Shown piece after piece: positions 1 through 7,617 of a stretch of DNA of 32,000 nucleotides. The position numbers and the translations under genes are program-made. Source of the stretch: Mycobacterium tuberculosis H37Rv (lineage in GTDB: Bacteria; Actinomycetota; Actinomycetes; Mycobacteriales; Mycobacteriaceae); assembly GCF_000195955.2 (NCBI RefSeq), contig NC_000962.3:3540001-3572000 (forward strand), read 5' to 3'. The notes beneath the pieces were generated by a model that worked only from the letters and a program-made list of their open reading frames with translations, made no database searches and was not told the origin of the DNA. How positions within the stretch are numbered: position 1 is the stretch's first letter; every line of letters starts with the position of its first letter.

Positions 1-817
1 TGCGGGACTGGCTGATCGGCGTTAGTCGATCACGTACGCCGCCGATCACCAGGGTTGGCACCGTCAGACCATCCAGGTTGAGGTGTGCCGACCCTACTTC
101 CTCGACGAGCATCTTCGCGCAGCCGCCGCGCCCCGCGGCAGACGTCTGGGTGAACAACTCATAGACCAGTCTCGTGGCGCTGGGGTCCGCGTCGGCGGCG
201 ACCGCCAGCGTGGAGATCACGTGCCGGCTTAAGGCCCTGGCCGCGCCGGGGAGTGGAAACCCGCCGAACGTGTTGACCAGGCTCCGGCCGGCCAGCACCC
301 GAACCGGGGACAACTCGCGTGGCACCGACAGCAGTTTCACCTTGCGCACCAGGTCGCCGGTGGTGGTGTTGATCAGCGCGACGGCGTCCGTGCGGCGGCG
401 GACTTTGTGGCGGTAGCGGTCCGACCAGGCGGCAATGGTAATGCCGCCCATCGAGTGCCCAGCGACCACCGCACGCTCGCGCGGGGCCAACGTAGCGTCC
501 AACACCGAATCGAGGTCGGCCGCAAGGTGATTGAGGCTGTAGGCGCCACGCCGTGGGACACCGCTTCGACCGTGGCCGCGATGGTCGAAGGCGATCACCC
601 GGTAGTCGCCGGCCAGGTCGGCGATTTGGTATGCCCAGGCCCGGATGGCGCAGACGAAACCGTGCGTCAGCACAATCGGATAGCCGTGAGGCGGCCCGAA
701 CACCTGGGTGTGTAACGGGGTGCCGTCCGCCGCACGGACGGTCAAGGTGCGGCTAGGCGGTAGGACGTCTGGAATCTGGGTAGCCCCGCTGCTTCGAGTG
801 GGTCTCCGAGCACTCAT
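1..817 (-). CDS. hpx: alpha/beta-hydrolase, non-haem haloperoxidase type (3' end runs off the window)
   Basis: Absent from the ORF track because it has no stop inside the window. My translation of the minus strand from ATG 817..815 reads MSARRPTRSSGATQIPDVLPPSRTLTVRAADGTPLHTQVFGPPHGYPIVLTHGF...AFDHRGHGRS...VVAGHSMGG, with an HG oxyanion motif and a GHSMGG nucleophile elbow. The frame stays open to position 2. The symbol comes from recognising the Rv3171c context. Confidence 0.8.
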   Translation of the reverse strand, partial: MSARRPTRSSGATQIPDVLPPSRTLTVRAADGTPLHTQVFGPPHGYPIVLTHGFVCAIRAWAYQIADLAGDYRVIAFDHRGHGRSGVPRRGAYSLNHLAADLDSVLDATLAPRERAVVAGHSMGGITIAAWSDRYRHKVRRRTDAVALINTTTGDLVRKVKLLSVPRELSPVRVLAGRSLVNTFGGFPLPGAARALSRHVISTLAVAADADPSATRLVYELFTQTSAAGRGGCAKMLVEEVGSAHLNLDGLTVPTLVIGGVRDRLTPISQSR

Positions 818-881
818 CGCCGCTCCCCCTTCGACGCGGCCCCGTTGCCGCCTTCCGGATGTCGCCCACTCTAGCGTGCAG

Positions 882-1364
882 TTACTTACGGGTAGCTGGA
901 AATCGCTGAAGCATAGGATCACAGAATAATAACGTCGCGGCCCCTGCTCTCAGCTGGTTTCGCATCGCCAGCCGATCAGTAGTCGTCTCAGTAATCGTCG
1001 AGGGCGGCCACGTTGCGCCAACTCGGCCACGTCGTCTCCCAGATCCGGTGAATTCGGCCGTTGCGGTAGGCGGCAATGAGTACCACCTCGATGCGGGTCG
1101 GCTCCTCGCCAGGTCGCGACGTGGTGATCCACACCCGCCCGGCAACCTTGTCTGGGCCTCTACCCATGCGTGCTCGTCGTATTCGACCGCGTAGCTGATC
1201 GCCGTGGCGTAGAGCTTGCGGTGGCTATCGCGGAATTTTGCGAAGCTCTGGCTCAGCCCGTCGGAGTACATCAGGAAGTCTGGGTCGTAGTAGTGCTCGA
1301 TCAGCTCCGCGTTTTTGGCGACGACCATCCGATCGAACATTTCCCGAAGCAGCGCAACGGACAT
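882..1364 (-). CDS. NTF2/SnoaL-like small protein whose frame appears disrupted after about residue 72
   Basis: 160-aa ORF. The first ~72 aa ([36 protein letters not shown]...[11 protein letters not shown]) look like the N-half of an NTF2/SnoaL fold. The rest is Arg/Pro-rich and not protein-like. A natural continuation lies in another frame and ends at TGA 990..988 (see finding). Confidence 0.55.
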   Translation of the reverse strand: MSVALLREMFDRMVVAKNAELIEHYYDPDFLMYSDGLSQSFAKFRDSHRKLYATAISYAVEYDEHAWVEAQTRLPGGCGSPRRDLARSRPASRWYSLPPTATAEFTGSGRRRGRVGATWPPSTITETTTDRLAMRNQLRAGAATLLFCDPMLQRFPATRK

Positions 1365-1442
1365 TCGGCGATCCTAAACCCTGGCCGCCGGCCATCTCAC
1401 AACGTGAGCGTGGACGAATCCCCATCCATTGCGATGACGAGT

Positions 1443-2045
1443 TCAGACCGGACGGGCCGTTGCCTGATCAATCAGGACCTCCGCTGCCGCTCGGGCGTGC
1501 GCCCAGGGGCCGGCATCGTCGAGGGAGGTGGACAGTGCGGCCGCGCCCTCGAACAGCACGGCGAGTTGATTGCCCAGGCTGCGCGGATGCGCTGCGCCGG
1601 CTTCTCGGGCCAGCCGGGCGAGGCCTTTGATGTAGTCGCGTTTGTGCGAGTGGACGATCCGCTCGACTCCGGGCATCTCCCCGGCCGCCTCGACCGCCGC
1701 GTTGTGGAATGGACAACCTCGCATCCGCCCATCGCCCCTGTTTGGACGATCGAACAATGCGAGCAGCCGCTCGCGTGGTGTCGCGTTGGATGCCTTGGGC
1801 ATCTTGTCGGCCTCGCCGGCGGCTTGCCGGAGCCCGCGCAGGTACTCCTCCACCAACGCGGACTTACTCGGAAAGTGTTGGTAGAGAGTCCGCTTGGATA
1901 CCGAAGCCTTGTTCGCAATCAGTTCGACCCCGGTGGCGTTGATGCCCTCGCAGTAGAACAGCTCTGCAGCCGCCTTCAAGATACGCTGACGAGCGCCGCG
2001 GCCCCCGCGCCTGGGGGGTTCCGTTGTTCTGGTGACCGGCGGCAT
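1443..2045 (-). CDS. TetR-family transcriptional regulator
   Basis: ORF 1443..2105. N-terminal HTH is RQRILKAAAELFYCEGINATGVELIANKASVSKRTLYQHFPSK. I chose the start at ATG 2045 (MPPVTRTT, 200 aa). The 20 extra upstream codons would run through the operator-like repeats. Confidence 0.85.
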   Translation of the reverse strand: MPPVTRTTEPPRRGGRGARQRILKAAAELFYCEGINATGVELIANKASVSKRTLYQHFPSKSALVEEYLRGLRQAAGEADKMPKASNATPRERLLALFDRPNRGDGRMRGCPFHNAAVEAAGEMPGVERIVHSHKRDYIKGLARLAREAGAAHPRSLGNQLAVLFEGAAALSTSLDDAGPWAHARAAAEVLIDQATARPV

Positions 2046-2052
2046 AGTGCTG

Positions 2053-2124
2053 AGTATACCGACCTGTTTACAACACCCCTTAGCGCGTGTACCGTCAAAG
2101 CACAAAGTACACCAATCGGTTTAC
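2053..2124. promoter_or_regulatory. two 19-bp dyad operator-like sites in the divergent TetR/SDR promoter region
   Basis: AGTATACCGACCTGTTTAC (2053-2071) and AGTACACCAATCGGTTTAC (2106-2124). The outer half-sites GTAyAC / GTwTAC are inverted. The same motif recurs at 5364-5435. Confidence 0.6.
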
Positions 2125-2137
2125 TGTAGGAGGTCTC

Positions 2138-2845
2138 ATGACTTCACTAGCCGAGCGGACCGTGCTCGTCACCGGCGCCAACCGCGGCATGGGCCGCGAA
2201 TACGTCGCTCAGCTTCTCGGTCGCAAAGTGGCAAAGGTCTATGCCGCTACCCGCAACCCGCTGGCAATCGACGTTAGCGATCCGCGCGTGATTCCGCTCC
2301 AACTCGACGTCACCGACGCGGTGTCGGTCGCCGAGGCAGCCGACTTAGCAACCGATGTCGGCATTCTGATCAACAATGCCGGCATCTCCCGGGCGTCCTC
2401 GGTGCTCGACAAGGACACATCCGCGCTTCGCGGCGAGCTGGAGACGAACCTGTTCGGACCGCTCGCGCTGGCCTCCGCGTTCGCCGACCGCATCGCCGAG
2501 AGATCCGGTGCCATCGTCAACGTTTCCTCGGTACTCGCCTGGCTTCCCCTTGGCATGAGCTATGGAGTGTCCAAGGCGGCGATGTGGAGCGCGACGGAGT
2601 CGATGCGTATCGAGCTGGCGCCGCGCGGTGTGCAGGTGGTGGGCGTCTACGTGGGGCTGGTCGACACCGACATGGGTCGATTCGCCGACGCGCCGAAGTC
2701 CGATCCTGCCGATGTGGTCCGCCAGGTGCTCGACGGAATAGAGGCTGGCAAGGAGGACGTGCTGGCCGACGAGATGAGCCGTCAGGTGCGCGCGTCGCTG
2801 AATGTCCCTGCGCGGGAACGTATCGCGCGGTTGATGGGTAACTGA
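2138..2845 (+). CDS. short-chain dehydrogenase/reductase (SDR)
   Basis: Carries TGANRGMG (the TGxxxGxG cofactor motif), NNAG, and a Ser...YGVSK catalytic motif. AGGAGG at 2128-2133 sits 4 nt before ATG 2138, giving 235 aa. Confidence 0.9.
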   Translation: MTSLAERTVLVTGANRGMGREYVAQLLGRKVAKVYAATRNPLAIDVSDPRVIPLQLDVTDAVSVAEAADLATDVGILINNAGISRASSVLDKDTSALRGELETNLFGPLALASAFADRIAERSGAIVNVSSVLAWLPLGMSYGVSKAAMWSATESMRIELAPRGVQVVGVYVGLVDTDMGRFADAPKSDPADVVRQVLDGIEAGKEDVLADEMSRQVRASLNVPARERIARLMGN

Positions 2846-2859
2846 GTCCGAAAGTCGAT

Positions 2860-4347
2860 ATGGCCATGTCCGCCAAGGCCTCAGACGATATTGCCTGGCT
2901 ACCGGCGACCGCTCAACTCGCGGTGCTCGCCGCCAAGAAGGTGTCCAGCGCGGAGTTAGTCGAGCTGTATCTTTCCCGAATCGACACGTACAACGCGTCG
3001 CTCAACGCGATCGTCACCGTTGACCCCGACGCCGCCCGACGCGTCGCCAAGCGGTCCGATGCGGCACGAGCCCGCGGCGACGAACTCGGCCCGTTGCATG
3101 GGTTGCCGATCACCGTCAAGGACAGCTATGAGACGGCCGGCATGCGCACGACCTGCGGTCGCCGCGACCTTGCCGACTATGTACCCACCCAGGACGCCGA
3201 GGCGGTCGCCCGGTTGCGCCGGGCCGGCGCGATCATCATGGGCAAGACAAACATGCCCACCGGCAACCAGGACGTCCAGGCCAGCAATCCGGTCTTCGGC
3301 CGCACCAACAACCCATGGGACGCCGCGCGCACGTCCGGCGGCTCGGCCGGCGGCGGGGCGGCCGCCACCGCGGCCGGGCTGACCAGCTTCGACTACGGCT
3401 CGGAGATCGGCGGCTCTACCAGGATCCCGGCTCATTACTGCGGTCTGTACGGCCACAAATCGACCTGGCGCTCGGTTCCTCTGGTCGGGCACATTCCCAG
3501 CGCACCAGGTAATCCCGGGCGATGGGGGCAAGCCGACATGGCCTGCGCGGGCGTGCAGGTGCGCGGTGCCCGCGACATCATCCCCGCACTGGAGGCGACC
3601 GTCGGGCCGATGCGGGCGGACGGAGGATTCTCGTATGCGCTCGCTCCGCCACGAGCCGGCGCGCTCAAAGACTTCCGGGTCGCGGTCTGGGCCGAGGACC
3701 CGCATTGCCCAATTGACGCCGACGTGCGTCGGGCCATGGATGATGCTGTCGCCGCGCTGCGCGCCGCGGGCGCACACGTCGTTGAGCAGCCCGCCACCAT
3801 CCCGGTCGATATGGCGGTGTCGCACAACATCTTCCAGAGTCTGGTGTTCGGCGCCTTCGCTGTCGACCGGTCCACCCTCAGCCCAGCCTCCGCCGCCGCG
3901 CTCGGATTACGCGCGGTTCGGCATCCTCGGGGCGAAGCCGCCAACGCCCTGGGTGCGACGCTACAGAGCCACCGTGCGTGGTTGTTCGCCGATGCGGCGC
4001 GCCACGAAATGCGCGACCGGTGGGCCGGATTCTTCAACGAGTTCGACGTGCTGCTCCTGCCCGTCACGCCCACCCCCGCGCCGCTCCACCACAACAAGGA
4101 CCACGACCGGTTGGGCCGCACCATCGACGTCGACGGCGTCTCACGATCGTACTGGGACCAACTCAAATGGAACGCGCTGGCCAACATCGCCGGCACCCCG
4201 GCCACCACCATGCCCATCACCACCACAGCTACCGGACTCCCGATCGGCATCCAGGCGATGGGGCCCGCGGGCGGAGACCGCACCACCGTAGAGTTCGCCG
4301 CCCTGCTCACCGAAGTCCTAGGCGGCTTCCGCGTTCCCCCTCTTTAG
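2860..4347 (+). CDS. amidase-signature family amidase
   Basis: 495-aa ORF with GLPITVKDS and the Gly/Ser-rich amidase signature TSGGSAGGGAAATAAG...GSEIGGSTRIPA. Confidence 0.9.
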   Translation: MAMSAKASDDIAWLPATAQLAVLAAKKVSSAELVELYLSRIDTYNASLNAIVTVDPDAARRVAKRSDAARARGDELGPLHGLPITVKDSYETAGMRTTCGRRDLADYVPTQDAEAVARLRRAGAIIMGKTNMPTGNQDVQASNPVFGRTNNPWDAARTSGGSAGGGAAATAAGLTSFDYGSEIGGSTRIPAHYCGLYGHKSTWRSVPLVGHIPSAPGNPGRWGQADMACAGVQVRGARDIIPALEATVGPMRADGGFSYALAPPRAGALKDFRVAVWAEDPHCPIDADVRRAMDDAVAALRAAGAHVVEQPATIPVDMAVSHNIFQSLVFGAFAVDRSTLSPASAAALGLRAVRHPRGEAANALGATLQSHRAWLFADAARHEMRDRWAGFFNEFDVLLLPVTPTPAPLHHNKDHDRLGRTIDVDGVSRSYWDQLKWNALANIAGTPATTMPITTTATGLPIGIQAMGPAGGDRTTVEFAALLTEVLGGFRVPPL

Positions 4348-5300
4348 GAACGCTCGGGCAGGGCCGCAATAACCTCGGCGAGCCGATCGGGCTGCTCCGC
4401 TGTCGTCAGGTGGCCGCCCGCAAGCTCGGTGATTTCCACCGAATCCGCAAGCCGCTCTCGGGCGAGCCGCAGTTGCTCTCCCTCGAATGGATCCTCGGCG
4501 CTGCCCACCACACCAAAGGCGACCTCATCGCCCAGCGCCGAAATGATCCGCGCCAGGTCCCAGCGCGCTGCGTGCTCGCGATGCTCGTCCACGAAGCCCG
4601 CCGTGGCGGGCAGCACGCGCACGCCGTCGCGCCGGCTGATCGCGTCGTGGAGCTCCTTCATCTCCGCTGCGCTTAATGGGTATCCGCGCGAGAAGACGGG
4701 GCGCAAGAATGGGGCGAACATGCGCCATGAGCGCTGGCCGATCGGCGTGATCGCCGCGCCGAGCGGCGATGTGAGCAGCGGCGTCGTATACCAGGCGTGG
4801 GTGTGGCCGTCGGCAAAGATGCCGCCGTTGGCGAGCAGGCAAGCCGTGATTCGGGTCCGCTGATCGTTTCCCGCCCGCTCGCGATCGATCCGCCGCGCCA
4901 GCAGCTCAAGGCTGACGATGCAGGAGTAGTCGAAGGCAACGACGACGGTCTGCGCTATCCCCTCGGCGTGCCAGAGGGCTTCGACGAGATCCGCGCGCTC
5001 GAAGGTCGAGTACGGGTAATCCCGGGGTTTGTCGGAGTCGCCGTGGCCGATGTAGTCCAGGTAGATGCGGGGGAAGTGGAATCGCGAGCTCAAGAAAGCT
5101 TCCACCTTCGCCCAACCGTAGGAACCATCCGGCCAGCCAGGCAGGAACGTTCGCGTGACCCCCGTCCCAGCAGCGCGCCGTATGAACGCGCGCAGCGGCG
5201 AACGTGGGTTGATGCCCGGCCGCTCAGCGTCGTAGCCCACCCTCTCCCCAGCGGAGAACCACTCCTGTGCGCTGATGAGCGCGCTCGCCCGGTGCGTCAT
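4344..5300 (-). CDS. mesT: alpha/beta-fold epoxide hydrolase
   Basis: ORF 4344..5363, with the start taken at ATG 5300 (MTHRASAL, 318 aa). It has an alpha/beta-hydrolase core (IGHGDSDKP) and an Asp at the nucleophile position (VVAFDYS), as in epoxide hydrolases. Its stop overlaps the convergent amidase stop by 4 nt. Confidence 0.8.
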   Translation of the reverse strand: MTHRASALISAQEWFSAGERVGYDAERPGINPRSPLRAFIRRAAGTGVTRTFLPGWPDGSYGWAKVEAFLSSRFHFPRIYLDYIGHGDSDKPRDYPYSTFERADLVEALWHAEGIAQTVVVAFDYSCIVSLELLARRIDRERAGNDQRTRITACLLANGGIFADGHTHAWYTTPLLTSPLGAAITPIGQRSWRMFAPFLRPVFSRGYPLSAAEMKELHDAISRRDGVRVLPATAGFVDEHREHAARWDLARIISALGDEVAFGVVGSAEDPFEGEQLRLARERLADSVEITELAGGHLTTAEQPDRLAEVIAALPERS

Positions 5301-5363
5301 CGCGCGCTCGCTAGCCGTTGGCGGAGGTTGTCGAGGTCCATGTCGGTGCATCTCCGCAACCAA

Positions 5364-5435
5364 AGTACACCGATAAGTTTACGTGTCGCATTAACCGATG
5401 TACAGTGTCGGTTATAAGTACACCGATCAGTATAC
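5364..5435. promoter_or_regulatory. two more copies of the 19-bp operator-like motif in the divergent mesT / hydrolase promoter region
   Basis: AGTACACCGATAAGTTTAC (5364-5382) and AGTACACCGATCAGTATAC (5417-5435). The region is AT-rich for this genome. Confidence 0.6.
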
Positions 5436-5446
5436 AAGGAGTCGGC

Positions 5447-6307
5447 GTGCCCCAGAGACAGGCCGGCGACATCGGCGCGACATACCAGGACGCGCCCACG
5501 AAGAGCATCAATGTGGGCGGAACGCGTTTTGTCTACCGGCGGCTCGGTGCTGATGCCGGCGTGCCGGTGATCTTTCTGCACCACTTGGGCGCGGTCTTAG
5601 ACAACTGGGATCCACGGGTCGTCGACGGCATCGCCGCCAAGCATCCAGTGGTCACTTTCGACAACCGCGGTGTCGGCGCTTCGGAAGGCCAGACGCCGGA
5701 CACCGTGACCACCATGGCCGACGATGCGATCGCCTTTGTCCGTGCCCTGGGGTTCGATCAGGTTGATCTCCTTGGATTCTCGTTGGGCGGCTTCGTCGCG
5801 CAGGTGATCGCGCAGCAAGAACCGCAGCTCGTTCGCAAGATCATCCTCGCGGGTACCGGACCGGCCGGTGGTGTCGGCATCGGCAAGGTTACTTTCGGGA
5901 CGATCCGCGAGAGCATCAAGGCCACACTGACTTTCAGGGATCCCAAGGAGTTGCGGTTCTTCACGCGAACCGACAGCGGCAAATCGGCGGCGCGACAGTT
6001 CGTGAAGCGGCTCAAGGAACGGAAGGACAATCGCGACAAATCGATTACAGTGCGCGCGTTCCGCTCCCAGCTCAAGGCCATCCATGCATGGGGCACGCAA
6101 AAGCCTTCGGACTTGACGAGCATCGGCCATCCGGTCCTGATCGCAAACGGTGACGACGACACGATGGTGCCCACCAGCAACTCGTTGGACCTCGCTGACC
6201 GGCTGCCCGACGCCACGCTGCGCATCTATCCCGACGCCGGCCACGGCGGGATATTCCAGCACCACGCACAGTTTGTGGACGATGCCCTGCAGTTTCTCGA
6301 GTCGTGA
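5447..6307 (+). CDS. alpha/beta hydrolase (non-haem peroxidase/esterase type)
   Basis: GTG 5447 is preceded by AAGGAG (5436-5441), giving 286 aa. Motifs: VIFLHHLG, a GFSLGG nucleophile elbow, and C-terminal DAGHGG. The longer track ORF (from 5318) would start inside the operator region. Confidence 0.85.
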   Translation: MPQRQAGDIGATYQDAPTKSINVGGTRFVYRRLGADAGVPVIFLHHLGAVLDNWDPRVVDGIAAKHPVVTFDNRGVGASEGQTPDTVTTMADDAIAFVRALGFDQVDLLGFSLGGFVAQVIAQQEPQLVRKIILAGTGPAGGVGIGKVTFGTIRESIKATLTFRDPKELRFFTRTDSGKSAARQFVKRLKERKDNRDKSITVRAFRSQLKAIHAWGTQKPSDLTSIGHPVLIANGDDDTMVPTSNSLDLADRLPDATLRIYPDAGHGGIFQHHAQFVDDALQFLES

Positions 6308-6437
6308 AGCGATTTCGCATGACCACCAAAGCCACGCCCAGACCAGTTGGATTCGCCGCTCCTCCCCACCGTTTCGCGGTATCGGCAGAGCGCACCCATG
6401 GATCTATCACCGCACCGGCGGACGAGTCGGCTGCAAG

Positions 6438-6797
6438 TTGCGACTCGGCGCCGGATTCCGCAAACCGGTGCCGACACTGCTACTCGAACACCGGAGCCGC
6501 AAGTCCGGCAAGAACTTCGTCGCACCACTGCTTTACATCACCGACCGTAACAATGTCATCGTCGTTGCCTCTGCCCTTGGGCAGGCAGAAAACCCGCAGT
6601 GGTATCGCAACCTGCCGCCCAATCCCGACACCCACATTCAGATCGGATCCGATCGCCGCCCGGTGAGAGCCGTCGTGGCCAGCTCGGACGAGCGGGCGCG
6701 CCTATGGCCGCGCCCAGTAGACGCCTACGCCGACTTCGATTCTTGCCAAAGCTGGACCGAGCGTGGGATTCCGGTGATCATCTTGCGGCCACGCTAA
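6438..6797 (+). CDS. Ddn-like F420-dependent nitroreductase family protein (N-terminus questionable)
   Basis: Family motifs are present: YHRTGGRVG, LLEHRSRKSGK..APLLY, VVASALGQAENPQWYRNL, ERARLWP, and a C-terminal IPVIILRP. The first canonical in-frame start is TTG 6438, but family-like sequence (GIGRAHPWIYHRTGGRVG) continues upstream of it (see finding). Confidence 0.6.
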   Translation: MRLGAGFRKPVPTLLLEHRSRKSGKNFVAPLLYITDRNNVIVVASALGQAENPQWYRNLPPNPDTHIQIGSDRRPVRAVVASSDERARLWPRPVDAYADFDSCQSWTERGIPVIILRPR

Positions 6798-7503
6798 TAG
6801 GCGTCGGCCTGCTCCGCGTGGTCGAGCGATCCCGGTGCGGTTACCCGCTACGGGGTGCTTTCGGCACCGCGATCGGCTAGGCCACCGAGGGAGCAGACAT
6901 CGAATACAGCGGCCGAATCAAGTCGCTGGACCCGGCAACTCCCACGGGTGTCGTCACCGTCGCCGCGATGACTGGCGGCCGGAAGACCTTTGGCCAGGCG
7001 ACGTTGAACGTCCGCTTCCGCTGACCCGGCGGCCTGGTGACGGCGGCCGAGGACAAAGAAGAGCGGCTTCGGCTGTCCGGAACCCGGATCGAACTCGAGG
7101 AGCTACTTCAGCTTCCGGTCGATGTTGCGTACGAGGGCCTGTTGACGGACGACGTTTCCGAATCCGTTCGCAAAAAGCTCATTACGCTACGAGCCGGTCC
7201 CTCAAGAACCGCCTGCTCGAATCTGCGCAACCCCGCTGGCGTTGGGGCGGACGACGGTGCTCGGCGTGATGTGGTGCACCAAAGGGACATTGCCGACGGA
7301 ACTGGCGTTGAGCCAGCAACACACCGTTGATCGCATGAGTGATGTCCACCCAACCGCGGTCACCGACAACGGGGATCCAGTCGGGATCATCGCTGGCATA
7401 AGGATATCGGCCTGCACCGGCATTGTGTGCTCACGGCCATCGCTGCCTGGGACCAATCACCAGCCCCTGGAAGGTCGACTACAGCCACAAGCCCGACGAT
7501 GGT

Positions 7504-7613
7504 CGACAGATCAAGATACGTCTTTCGACAAAACAAGATCCAATGGTCGACAAAACAGGACAAACTATTCGACAAATCGGGATCAGATGTACGACAAAAC
7601 AGGAGTACTTTGA
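7504..7613 (+). repeat. five tandem 22-bp direct repeats with core CGACAAAACAGGA
   Basis: The units start at 7504, 7526, 7548, 7570 and 7592, an exact 22-bp period. CGACA, C9, G12 and A13 are invariant. The array ends 4 nt before GTG 7618, and the last unit supplies AGGAG (7601-7605). Confidence 0.85.
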
Positions 7614-7617
7614 CGTT

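Noticed and set aside
1170..2129. A 319-aa plus-strand ORF spanning the NTF2-like and TetR genes.
   Set aside because: It lies antisense to two genes with clear family features, and its translation has no motifs.
2956..4310. Long antisense ORFs (2956..3825 -, 3435..4310 -) and alternative-frame ORFs across the amidase gene. Similar cases are 5597..6265 -, 19656..20327 -, 23300..24064 +, 25012..25809 - and 27576..28139 -.
   Set aside because: Their products are Arg/Pro/Gly/Ala-rich and low in complexity, with no motifs. They fully overlap genes that carry clear family signatures. Stop-free shadow frames like these are typical of GC-rich DNA.
7504..7613. The 22-bp repeat array considered as a possible CRISPR array.
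   Set aside because: The units are contiguous, with no repeat/spacer alternation. The repeats are too short and only the first 13 nt are conserved. There are no cas genes nearby.
7423..7617. A 5' extension of the ATPase ORF (494 aa in the track) running through the repeat array.
   Set aside because: The extension is created by the 22-bp repeats, whose period is not a multiple of 3. Its translation (GRQIKIRLSTKQDPMVDKTGQTIRQIGIRCTTKQ) is not protein-like. The P-loop domain starts right after GTG 7618, which has an AGGAG upstream.
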